39,149 nucleotides of DNA, from contig DAIDHG010000002.1 of the NCBI GenBank assembly GCA_027452085.1, forward strand, positions 1 to 39,149, read 5' to 3'. Of this stretch, positions 7,640 through 15,957 are shown in pieces. Origin of the DNA: a bacterium (GTDB taxonomy: Bacteria > Babelota > Babeliae > Babelales > JABCYS01). The number at the start of each line of letters is the position of its first letter. The stretch's first letter is position 1. The notes beneath the pieces were generated by a model. The model was not told where the DNA came from, did no database searches, and saw only the letters and a list, made by a program, of their open reading frames with translations. A program made the position numbers and the translations under genes.

Positions 7640-8624
7640 ATATCTTGCCCAACTTTTGTGTTGCGTAGCTGCAGGGCATTTAATTGCGCTATTTCTTATC
7701 TTCTTCGTATATCGCGGCGATTTATATGAGCGCCATCTCACCATAAACCTTCCCTTAGATGCTCATATTGTTTTAATGCCGTTTCAAAAATCGCTCTTAG
7801 GCTCGGGCGGCGGTAAACCCGGCCGGCCAAAAAAACAAAAAACAACAGAGACAAAGCAAGACGATTCATTTTTAGATGATGGCCCAGATAACGATGACTC
7901 TGGGGTTGATTCCTTGCCGAGCAAAATTCAACCCTCCTCTACGCTGAGTGGGCAAATTACCACCTTGGATAATGGCGACTTTGAACGCAAAAGAAAAGCT
8001 CGAGAACGTGAAAAAAAGCGCCGAAAGAAATTAGCACGTGAAAAGCGGGAAAAGGCATTGCGAGAAAAGAAGAAGAAAGATCTTGCAAAAAAGAAGGCGG
8101 CAGAGGAAAAAATGAGGCTTGAGCAAAAATCAGCTGAAGATAAAAAGAGAGCTGAGAAAAAGAAATCAGATGCAGCATTGGCTCAAGAAGCGGAAAAGAG
8201 ACAAAAAGAAGAACAAAAAAAAGTTGAAGAGCAAAAAAAACAGGCAGAGTTGAAAAAAACGCCAGCGGTAGATATTGATCTATTGAATGATGTTTCAGGT
8301 GCTGATCAGGTCGAAGGTGGTGATGGCGGTTTTGGTGATGGCGATCAGCCATTTTATGTTGGCCAATATGATTTAGAAACCATACAATTAGCTCAACAAG
8401 TAGCTGCAGAGGTTGCCACGGTCTGGCGCCCACCAGCAGGATTTAGAAATCGTAGTTGTACGGTGCGTTGTATTTTAGATTGGCAGGGCGGTATTACATC
8501 ACTTGCTTTTGAACAGCCGTCAGGTAGCCCGGTGTTTGATGTATCAGTCAAACAAGCAATGCACAAAATGAAATTTCCTAAGGAATTGTATGGTAAAGAA
8601 ATTATTTTGCCGTTTACTGCATAA
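7608..8624 (+). CDS. tolA: TolA-like protein (TM anchor, Lys/Glu-rich helical domain, TolA/TonB C-terminal domain)
   Basis: The first in-frame ATG (7608) that leaves the TM segment LLCCVAAGHLIALFLIFFVY N-terminal. A K/E/R/A-rich tract spans 7983..8258. The C-terminus VWRPPAGF..CTVRCILDWQGGITSLAFEQPSGSPVFDVSVKQAMHKMKFP fits the TolA domain III pattern. It sits between tolR and tolB. Confidence 0.72.
   Translation: MLHLPLSGKHKYLAQLLCCVAAGHLIALFLIFFVYRGDLYERHLTINLPLDAHIVLMPFQKSLLGSGGGKPGRPKKQKTTETKQDDSFLDDGPDNDDSGVDSLPSKIQPSSTLSGQITTLDNGDFERKRKAREREKKRRKKLAREKREKALREKKKKDLAKKKAAEEKMRLEQKSAEDKKRAEKKKSDAALAQEAEKRQKEEQKKVEEQKKQAELKKTPAVDIDLLNDVSGADQVEGGDGGFGDGDQPFYVGQYDLETIQLAQQVAAEVATVWRPPAGFRNRSCTVRCILDWQGGITSLAFEQPSGSPVFDVSVKQAMHKMKFPKELYGKEIILPFTA
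7983..8258 (+). repeat. Low-complexity Lys/Glu/Arg/Ala-rich coding tract inside tolA
   Basis: ERKRKAREREKKRRKKLAREKREKALREKKKKDLAKKKAAEEK...KKVEEQKKQAELKK, with purine-rich aaa/gaa repeats at the DNA level. Confidence 0.8.
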
Positions 8625-10062
8625 CCGTAGTGCTCAACATGATGAAAACGCGCGGCTCGGAGAAAGGGGGCCAACTCACCGGCCGCCTTCACCGTTTGTT
8701 CGACTGTATCTTTTGCTTATAACTATTTTGTTTTTGTTGTTTGGTTTTGAGCGAGAGTCAATCTGCAGTTCGCAACCATTGGCTCAGCCTGAGCAGCTTC
8801 AGATGGCCACCGTTACGGCGCAATTATTTGCCAAAATGCCGCTCCTTATAGTAACGCAATCGCAGAAGAATCTGAAAAAAATATTGCCACTATTTCAACA
8901 TGATCTTGAATTTACCAATCAGTTTGTGGTGAAAATTGCTCCTTCTCAGAATGAGTTTGAAATAAAGAAAAGCAGTTTTGCAAAATGGGCTGAAGAGGGC
9001 TATCCATTGGTGCTGTTGTTGGAAGATAAAAAAGATCAGATCATCTGGAGATTATACGACACCGCATCGATCTCAATGATCAAAGGGCAACAGTTGAGCG
9101 TTTCAAGCAAGCCAAATGTAACAGCCCATGCGCTTGCCGACCAAGTATGGCCGGCGCTCACGGGATCATCTGGATTTTTCTCTTCAAAAATTGCTTATAG
9201 CAAAATGGCGCACCGAAGAGGCCGCAATATTAAACGCCATCTCATGATGCGAGATGCCACTGACATGACGGGGCATAGTGAGGAATTACTGGTCAACTCA
9301 CCAACCATCAGTGTTTCCCCGCGGTGGAACAAAGATCTCAATTCACCAATCATTCTCTATTCTGAATATACCAAATCAAATGTGCGCTTAGTTGCGGTGA
9401 ATATGGAAGGAAAACGATCCATCGTCTCTAACTTTGATGGGGTGAATATGCAGGTTGCTTATAGCCATGATGGCAAGGAGGTGGTCTATTGTCTTTCACG
9501 GCCGCCGTTGCCGCATTTACCTTCGCACACCACCACCCAACTATACCATTACGCGGTTGATGACGATGGAAGACCGGCAGTCAAGCGATTAACGCCATTG
9601 CCGGGCAATAACTTTGCGCCATGCTGGGGGCCCGGTAATACCATTTTTTATGCAACTGACCTTGGTTCGTTGGGCAATCCAAAAATACATTGGCATTGCC
9701 TCAAGAGTGGAACGATCACTCCAATCACCGCCACCGGCTTTGCCGTAAGCCCTACCTACAGCCCATCTGCGCATCGCTTGGCATATGCCAAGATGGTGAA
9801 AGGGCGTATGCAGCTATTTTTATATGATCTAGATACCAAGAAAGAAGAGCAAATTACCTTTGATAACGCAAGCAAAGATGAATGTTGTTGGTCACCATGC
9901 GGTAATCTGTTGGCATTTGTTGCCGAGCAACCAAACGGCAAGAGCCGCATCGGATTGTTTAATGTGCAAACGGGCGAGCAAAAAATGATTACCCCGACCC
10001 ATGAAGATTGCTGCTACCCACATTGGTCGCCAATATATGCGCAGTTGCCGATGAAAAGTTAA
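8590..10062 (+). CDS. tolB: Tol-Pal system beta-propeller protein TolB
   Basis: Repeated propeller blades (SPRWNKD.., AYSHDGKEVVY, SPTYSPSAHRLAY, CCWSPCGNLLAF, YPHWSP). ATG 8590 has the RBS aagga and overlaps the tolA end. The N-terminal 35 aa before the hydrophobic leader are unusual, so the true start may be downstream. Confidence 0.85.
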   Translation: MVKKLFCRLLHNRSAQHDENARLGERGPTHRPPSPFVRLYLLLITILFLLFGFERESICSSQPLAQPEQLQMATVTAQLFAKMPLLIVTQSQKNLKKILPLFQHDLEFTNQFVVKIAPSQNEFEIKKSSFAKWAEEGYPLVLLLEDKKDQIIWRLYDTASISMIKGQQLSVSSKPNVTAHALADQVWPALTGSSGFFSSKIAYSKMAHRRGRNIKRHLMMRDATDMTGHSEELLVNSPTISVSPRWNKDLNSPIILYSEYTKSNVRLVAVNMEGKRSIVSNFDGVNMQVAYSHDGKEVVYCLSRPPLPHLPSHTTTQLYHYAVDDDGRPAVKRLTPLPGNNFAPCWGPGNTIFYATDLGSLGNPKIHWHCLKSGTITPITATGFAVSPTYSPSAHRLAYAKMVKGRMQLFLYDLDTKKEEQITFDNASKDECCWSPCGNLLAFVAEQPNGKSRIGLFNVQTGEQKMITPTHEDCCYPHWSPIYAQLPMKS

Positions 10063-11759
10063 CCTTTCTGTTTGAGAGGTAATGCAAGCGGCGGCGGGCA
10101 ACTCGTTTGTATTGAAGTGAGCATCGGTGAGATTGGGGGACTACCAATTGAGCTTGCCAGTGAGTCTGAATCCGATGTTGTTTGTGAGCTTGGAATTTCT
10201 GATGGGGGCGTTTCATAACCAGGCACGACTGTTTTCTTGGGGTCGATTTTTATAAAGCTATGATGCAAGCTTCGTGGTGGAAATAGGCTTGATTTAGACC
10301 CATTTTGTGCTGGTTCAGTACCCAATTCGGGTTTTGGCTGAGAGGATATTTGCTGTAGGTTCATTGGCGGCAACGATGCCAGAACTTTGATAGCGGGAAT
10401 GCTTGGTCTCCTAGGCGTTACATTACTAAATGGCAGCGGCATTGGCTGTTCGGCAGTATCTGCCATCGGCACATCTACATTTGTTGGCGAGGATAACGGC
10501 GTATGTTCGATGAAAGTTAATTCAGGATCAACAGCTGAATCTTCCCTCTGAGTATCTGGAGGTAGGGGGGATGATCGTGGTGTACCTTCTCCATATATTT
10601 CACTCAACTTATCGCTCAGAATCTTTTGACGATTTGAGAACATTTTCTGGCGCTCTGCTTGCATGTTTTTGTCAACTTTCGATTTTTGTGCATTGTCAAA
10701 AATCTCTTTTACCGGACCAACATGAGCTTTACACGTCTCTAAAACATCTATCAAAATTTTGTGGGTTTCAGCGGCTAAATCAAACAATTTATTATTTTTT
10801 AAACAGCCACGATGAGTTTTGAGTATACTTATGACGGCATCTTCAAGCATCATCTTTTTTGTCCAATCTTCCATAAGGGTCTTTAAATCAGATGTGGCTT
10901 GAATTGGAAAATCATGGATTAATTCAGATAGCCGACCATCAAGTGAGGGGATTGGGAGTCCTTCAGTGCTTGAATTTTCATATATTTCATAGGCCTTTTG
11001 GATAAATTGCAACTTCTCGAAAACCAAAGCAAAGCAGTCTCGTTGCCTCTTGGCCCATAAGGTAGTGAGCTCTTTTGTTGTGAGTGTTGCATCGTCGCAC
11101 GCTATGTTTCTGTTCGACCAAAGGCAATTGCCTAATACTAATGCAATGGCATATGGCCGAAATTCCTCAACGCTGGGCATTATCGTATCATCTAATTCTT
11201 GCGCGAATTCACGTCTTCGAGCACTGAAGGGGCTGTGTACTTCCTTTTTTCTTTTATCGTTTTTAGGGCTTGATCTGAGCGCGTCGTCTCGTTCGGTGGT
11301 ATTACAATCAAAATGATGCGTTTTGATTGGTGTTGAAACGAGGCTTCGCTCTTGTAACGTTCTATAAAGAGCACCTGGTACAATCTGTCCATTTACTTCT
11401 GAGTAGAGCCGCCTATGCTGAGCGACCTTTTGAAAATATAACATGCCAGTTTTCTGCAGCTGTTGTAAGGGGAATTCCCATTGTTTATATTCTTGCATAA
11501 TGCGGAAAAGCAAGTTTTCCCCTGCAGATGCATTCACCCATTGTGCCCATTCCATACCTTCGGGCGTTAAGACTTTGACCTGAGTATACAGTGATATTTT
11601 CTTGGCCAGCTTGTCCTCAGTGGAGCCGTCAATTTTTCGTTTTGCCTTTGATGAGTTGGTAATTCCCCGATCCTCCGGCGAAAGTGATGTGGCACCAATA
11701 GTATTGCACAAGCCCAGTAGGGTGAAAAGCAATAAATGGGGTATGCGCAATTGAATCAT
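10059..11759 (-). CDS. Large secreted hypothetical protein with a Pro/Ser-rich disordered C-terminal tail
   Basis: 566 aa with signal peptide MIQLRIPHLLLFTLLGLCNTIGA. I recognise no domain. The last 175 or so aa (10062..10586) are P/S/T-rich. It overlaps the tolB end by 4 nt in convergent orientation. Confidence 0.6.
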   Translation of the reverse strand: MIQLRIPHLLLFTLLGLCNTIGATSLSPEDRGITNSSKAKRKIDGSTEDKLAKKISLYTQVKVLTPEGMEWAQWVNASAGENLLFRIMQEYKQWEFPLQQLQKTGMLYFQKVAQHRRLYSEVNGQIVPGALYRTLQERSLVSTPIKTHHFDCNTTERDDALRSSPKNDKRKKEVHSPFSARRREFAQELDDTIMPSVEEFRPYAIALVLGNCLWSNRNIACDDATLTTKELTTLWAKRQRDCFALVFEKLQFIQKAYEIYENSSTEGLPIPSLDGRLSELIHDFPIQATSDLKTLMEDWTKKMMLEDAVISILKTHRGCLKNNKLFDLAAETHKILIDVLETCKAHVGPVKEIFDNAQKSKVDKNMQAERQKMFSNRQKILSDKLSEIYGEGTPRSSPLPPDTQREDSAVDPELTFIEHTPLSSPTNVDVPMADTAEQPMPLPFSNVTPRRPSIPAIKVLASLPPMNLQQISSQPKPELGTEPAQNGSKSSLFPPRSLHHSFIKIDPKKTVVPGYETPPSEIPSSQTTSDSDSLASSIGSPPISPMLTSIQTSCPPPLALPLKQKG

Positions 11760-12090
11760 GTCATTCCAGTATTATGTATATGCAACGACTTTTGGGCGAG
11801 GAATGACAACATACCATATGGCTATGAGCTTGCCAATTTTATTGCTGTTCCGTCAAAAACTCTAATGCTGTGTATCGCCAAAACCTCTATTCAAAAAGCA
11901 AAAAATTAATCTCGAGAAGAGAGTCTATGACGTATAAATGGCAATGACTTTGGCTCTACCAGGGTCCACGTTTGTTGGCATGCCGGTAGCGAGAGCTTGG
12001 ATTTGCTTGAGGAATGAAAATGGGCGGAGCGATGGCATCAACACCTGATGGTTCACCGCTCACACCCAAAGTTATGAGGCGAGAAAAAGA

Positions 12091-13083
12091 TTATTTTGTC
12101 TCTTCAAATACCTTTTTCATGGTAGCCAATGAGCTCATTAATGAGCTTGCCTCATATGGCATAAGTACCAGTTTGCCCTCTTTATCCTTCACCATGTCAG
12201 GCAATGTTTTAATGTATTGTTGCGCTATCAGGTATGGCAATGGATCCTGATTACCGACGGCACCTTTGATGAGTTCAATCGCTTTTGCTTCAGCTTCTTG
12301 AACCTTCAATCGAGCTTCGGCCTCGCCTTGCGCGGCGATAATTTTTCCTTCAGCAACTCCTTGTGATCGCAGAATTTCAGATTCGCGCTCACCCTGTGCC
12401 CGAAGAATTGCCGCACTCTTTTCACCTTCGGCGTCTAGAATGGTAGCGCGACGATTACGCTCAGCTCGCATTTGTTGCTCCATGGCTCGACGAATATCTT
12501 CCGGAGGGTTTACTTCCTGGAGTTCAACGCGATTTACCTTGACGCCCCATTTATCAGATGCCTCATCCAAAATAATGCGCAATTTCTCATTGATACGATC
12601 GCGCGAAATGAGTGTTTCATCCAAATCCATAGAGCCGATAACATTACGCAACGTCGTCTGCGCAAGTTTTTCAATTGCTTCGGGAAGATTTGCAATTTCA
12701 TACACGGCAGCTTTGGGATCGGTAATCTGAGCATAGAGCAACGCATTAATTTCAAGCATCACGTTATCTTTCGTGATAACTTTTTGCTTGGGAAAATCAT
12801 ACACCGCTTCTCGTAGGTCAATACGATTCATCGAACGCATTGTTTTAAGATAGCGTTTATCATCTATTACCTGAATTTCGGTCCATGCCACATGTCGCGG
12901 GGTATCCATAAATGGCATAATGAAATGCAGACCAGGAGTGAGAATGCGATCAAAGCGCCCAAATCGCTCGATGATGATTGCTTCTGCCTGGCGAACTAAA
13001 TAGATTGCATTGATGATAAATACAATAAATGCCACGAAAGCTATGGCAAAAAAGACGATGAAACCAATTGCGATGTCATTCAT
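12091..13083 (-). CDS. SPFH/band-7 (stomatin/QmcA-like) membrane protein
   Basis: N-terminal TM (IAIGFIVFFAIAFVAFIVFII), then the SPFH core (IIERFGRFDRILTPGLHFIMPF, VITKDNVMLEINALLYAQI, TLRNVIGSMDLDETLISRD, VNRVELQEVNPPEDI) and an Ala/Glu-rich coiled coil. I prefer ATG 13083; the track begins at TTG 13122. Confidence 0.85.
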   Translation of the reverse strand: MNDIAIGFIVFFAIAFVAFIVFIINAIYLVRQAEAIIIERFGRFDRILTPGLHFIMPFMDTPRHVAWTEIQVIDDKRYLKTMRSMNRIDLREAVYDFPKQKVITKDNVMLEINALLYAQITDPKAAVYEIANLPEAIEKLAQTTLRNVIGSMDLDETLISRDRINEKLRIILDEASDKWGVKVNRVELQEVNPPEDIRRAMEQQMRAERNRRATILDAEGEKSAAILRAQGERESEILRSQGVAEGKIIAAQGEAEARLKVQEAEAKAIELIKGAVGNQDPLPYLIAQQYIKTLPDMVKDKEGKLVLMPYEASSLMSSLATMKKVFEETK

Positions 13084-13183
13084 AGAAAGAGCCCTTTCGA
13101 TTTTATAATTCACGACCTCCAAACGTTTTCGTGCGACGAAACGTATCTCAGGAATACGAGCGTGAATTATATTGCTCGTATTG

Positions 13184-13615
13184 TTATTCTGCTTTTACGA
13201 TAAGAGATGCGCCGGCAACGTGTACGACAACTACCTTGGTGCCTTGATGTAATATTTCATTATGCAGCTCACGAGCGAGCCATCGTTCAGTGCCAACCAA
13301 CACATAGCCCGGTTGAAATGGTGAAATCGTTTCAACCACCATGCCATGCTTACCAACCAATGCATATATATTGGTGTGATGATGCGATGTTGATTGTGCT
13401 TTGGATAATGCCATTCGGGCAATGATGAAAGAGACAATACTGGTGATCAAGAAAACCGATGCTTGATAGACCAAAGCCTCGGGGTAATACCACGCAGCAA
13501 CGGCGGCCAGGGCACCACCAGCGGCAAATGATAAAAATAGAAATAGTCCGGGGTGCCCAATTTCTAAAATAATAGAGATGAGTGCAGCGGAAAGCCAGAA
13601 GTAAAAAAGGGTCAT
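13184..13615 (-). CDS. NfeD-family membrane protein (short YbbJ-like form)
   Basis: Three or four TM helices followed by a C-terminal OB-like domain (GKHGMVVETISPFQPGYVLVGTERWLAR...GTKVVVVHVAGASLIV). It sits immediately upstream of the SPFH gene, the classic NfeD-stomatin operon arrangement. Confidence 0.8.
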   Translation of the reverse strand: MTLFYFWLSAALISIILEIGHPGLFLFLSFAAGGALAAVAAWYYPEALVYQASVFLITSIVSFIIARMALSKAQSTSHHHTNIYALVGKHGMVVETISPFQPGYVLVGTERWLARELHNEILHQGTKVVVVHVAGASLIVKAE

Positions 13616-13675
13616 GTTGACCTCCTGATCGGCGCTAGATGCTGCTTTGGTCAGCTGAAGATGCGCGAGTTATAC

Positions 13676-13711
13676 AAAAGTGCAAGCATGATATCAGATG
13701 CATGCACTTTT
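13676..13711. terminator. Rho-independent terminator (bidirectional shape) after ORF 13749..14696
   Basis: aaaagtgcaagcat-gatatcag-atgcatgcactttt. The stem is 14 bp with one mismatch and is flanked by A-run and T-run. It lies about 40 nt downstream of the minus-strand stop. Confidence 0.6.
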
Positions 13712-13748
13712 ACAACGTGTTTGCGCAGTAATATTGCATGCAATTTTC

Positions 13749-14696
13749 TTATCTTCCTGCAGGAAGAGTTATTTTTGGTAACTGAATTGGGCCCGCAGCA
13801 GTGCGAGTAGATGCAGCGGCGATCTTTTGCTGTAATGTTTGCAACACTTTGGGATTTTTAAAATCAACAGAAGGATAATTGAGATAGTCTGCGGCAAGCT
13901 TGCGCAATAGCTCTGGCGTCAACCGAGTATCGTTGGGAACTGCTTGCTTAATGCGTTCTGCCATTTTTTCTATTTCGAGTTCTTTGTTGGCCTCTTCACC
14001 TTCTTCTTCCATCTCTTCCTCTTCCACAACTCCTCTACGTTTGCCCATCGCGGATGCAAGGCTTGTGTATTGGTGCGCAGCGGGTGCTTTAAGGTTTTTA
14101 GGCATTGCAAGAGTTGGTCTTGCTGAGCTTTCTGGTGCGGGCTGTTTCATTTCCAATGGCGGCGCTTGAGGAACTGGTTGTCGTTTTACAAAAGTTTTTG
14201 GTGGCGTGGTAGGCAGCGGCGGCGGTGTTTTAACTGTGGCAGCAATTGGCGCGGGCTTTTTGGATTGTATACCTTCACCGACAACGCCCTTGTTGGTGAT
14301 CGAAGTTCTATCCAAATTTCCCCATACATATGTTTGTGGTTCCAAACTTGGTGTGCCATTAACGTCGATAAGCCGTACAAAAATCTTTGTTCCTTTTTTT
14401 GGATTAAATTCGTACAGCTGCCCAAACGGGGCTGGTTTTCCATCTACTTCTTGCTTGATCAATAATTGTGGGAAGTCGCTATTGTTGACTGATATGGTAT
14501 TTGATTTGCTCCATTTTTCCTTTTTCTTATTAAATGCCGGTAAAAGGCTCAACGATGAACTGTTGGAGGGCGGGTTTTGTCTGTTTCCTACGGCATAATA
14601 AACGGGAACATCAATCTTATTCCAGAACTCAAATTCTTCTGCGTGCAATAATGCCGTGCTTAAGAAAATGAAAAGTTTGGTTATATCTCTAAACAT
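13749..14696 (-). CDS. Secreted hypothetical protein: NKT/LEPQT-family domain plus proline-rich linker plus acidic tract
   Basis: I prefer the start at ATG 14696 (RBS aaggga; leader MFRDITKLFIFLSTALLHA), because the track start at 14837 would overlap the upstream gene. It has FEFWNKIDVPVYYAVG and KIFVRLIDVNGTPSLEPQTYVW (EPQT encoded at 14331..14342). These are followed by PPPLPTTPPKTFVKRQPVPQAPPLEMKQPAPE (14127..14258) and VVEEEEMEEEGEE. Confidence 0.65.
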   Translation of the reverse strand: MFRDITKLFIFLSTALLHAEEFEFWNKIDVPVYYAVGNRQNPPSNSSSLSLLPAFNKKKEKWSKSNTISVNNSDFPQLLIKQEVDGKPAPFGQLYEFNPKKGTKIFVRLIDVNGTPSLEPQTYVWGNLDRTSITNKGVVGEGIQSKKPAPIAATVKTPPPLPTTPPKTFVKRQPVPQAPPLEMKQPAPESSARPTLAMPKNLKAPAAHQYTSLASAMGKRRGVVEEEEMEEEGEEANKELEIEKMAERIKQAVPNDTRLTPELLRKLAADYLNYPSVDFKNPKVLQTLQQKIAAASTRTAAGPIQLPKITLPAGR

Positions 14697-14775
14697 ACAT
14701 GATCCCTTGTCATAGATATTGGTTATATTCTCACTATGCCAGGAATCCTTGATCTGAATCAAGAGTTGAGGCTTA

Positions 14776-15792
14776 TTACTCTTTTTCTTCTTGTGGCGCC
14801 TGAGTTGAGATGTCGATTTGTTGGGCAACCTTGGCAAAACATTTTCTTAAATCCAATGGAGCTATGTCAAAGTATGAAAGATCACACGTGGTATCTGCAT
14901 TTTTAGCGCATTCAAGTAGATGCTCGAGGAGCTTTTCGCTTGCGGTTTCATCACCAATTGGATTTTCTTGCTCAAACTGCTTATGGTAATCGCCAGTGCT
15001 CAACAAAAACTTTACCATTGCATCAATGTGCCCTGAGCCTTGGGCGATAAAGAGATGCTTGTCTTCACGATGTTGCCAAATAAAGTTGGCAGTTCTTGCA
15101 TCGACTAATTCGCGAGTAGGCATTTCGGGAGTATCTTCATCTTCATCATGTTCTTGGTTGAACCACTCGATCACCTCTGTGTTTACTTTTTGAAGGCACT
15201 CGGTCCAAAATTGTTTATAGATCTGGGGAGCTTGGTCTTGCTCCAGCTCTGCAGCAATCTCTTTTTGCAGATGATTACACTGCTCCCTGAGCTTGGAAAG
15301 AGTATGATTGCTATTGAAAAATCGGCATTCGGCATTTATGCATGGCCACTTGAGATCATAAAATCGCTGACTGATATCATGCAAAAAGGATTCGTGTCCA
15401 CCTCTAAATAACGGAAAATGCGTTACAGGGCACACTCTGGTGCTCATATCTTCATTAATCATGGTGGCATTTGAGCCGGGAAGATTGGCAATAAAGCTCT
15501 GCAAATCAGATCCCTGTTCCTTGACTGATGATACGAGTCGTTTGCGGACTGCTTCTACTACCAGATGCCTGTTTGGCAGGGGGATGCCAGATTCCTTTGC
15601 AAAACAAAATATGCTGTGTGCGTGATGCAAAGCCATTTCATCATGAACATCACCAAGAAAATGCAGATAGCGCGTTTGACCATCGCTGTGCACTGATTTT
15701 AAAACAACATATTTGTGAATAATTGCTTCCGTTGAGCATGCAGCAAAAGTTGATAGTGCAGCCAATAGAATGTTGAACTTTTTTGTGTGCAT
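14776..15792 (-). CDS. Secreted hypothetical protein, possible TIKI/TraB/ChaN-superfamily hydrolase
   Basis: 338 aa with signal peptide MHTKKFNILLAALSTFAACS. The N-terminal YLHFLGDVHD (GxxH) and C-terminal ELVDARTANFIW...HLFIAQGSGHIDAMVKFLLSTGDY (R..., GxGH...L..G-Y) resemble the motif order of the TraB/TIKI family. The family call is an inference from motifs only. Confidence 0.55.
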   Translation of the reverse strand: MHTKKFNILLAALSTFAACSTEAIIHKYVVLKSVHSDGQTRYLHFLGDVHDEMALHHAHSIFCFAKESGIPLPNRHLVVEAVRKRLVSSVKEQGSDLQSFIANLPGSNATMINEDMSTRVCPVTHFPLFRGGHESFLHDISQRFYDLKWPCINAECRFFNSNHTLSKLREQCNHLQKEIAAELEQDQAPQIYKQFWTECLQKVNTEVIEWFNQEHDEDEDTPEMPTRELVDARTANFIWQHREDKHLFIAQGSGHIDAMVKFLLSTGDYHKQFEQENPIGDETASEKLLEHLLECAKNADTTCDLSYFDIAPLDLRKCFAKVAQQIDISTQAPQEEKE

Positions 15793-15957
15793 ATTTTCTC
15801 CATTTAATTTCCATTAATATAGTGATTCTAAGGGTACCAGCTTATGGCCAGCAGTCCAATGGTTGCGGAAATGGCAATTGTTTGAAAAATGATGCATGTT
15901 TCGATCTGTTGTAACTATGCTACACTCATAGCATCGTTTTTTAATTTGGAAAAAAAT

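Noticed and set aside
12014-12816. Plus-strand ORFs (12014..12250, 12440..12730, 12472..12816) opposite the SPFH gene
   Set aside because: They are antisense shadows of a gene with clear SPFH/band-7 motifs. They have no independent signals.
12091-13615. NfeD-SPFH pair as a candidate novel system
   Set aside because: This two-gene operon is widespread and well described (YbbJ/QmcA, YuaF/FloT types). Nothing in these copies deviates from the norm.
13749-14837. Track version of this ORF starting at 14837 (362 aa)
   Set aside because: The extra 47 aa overlap the 3' end of the upstream gene (14776..15792) and are highly basic, non-leader sequence. The internal ATG 14696 has an AAGGGA RBS and yields a typical signal peptide.
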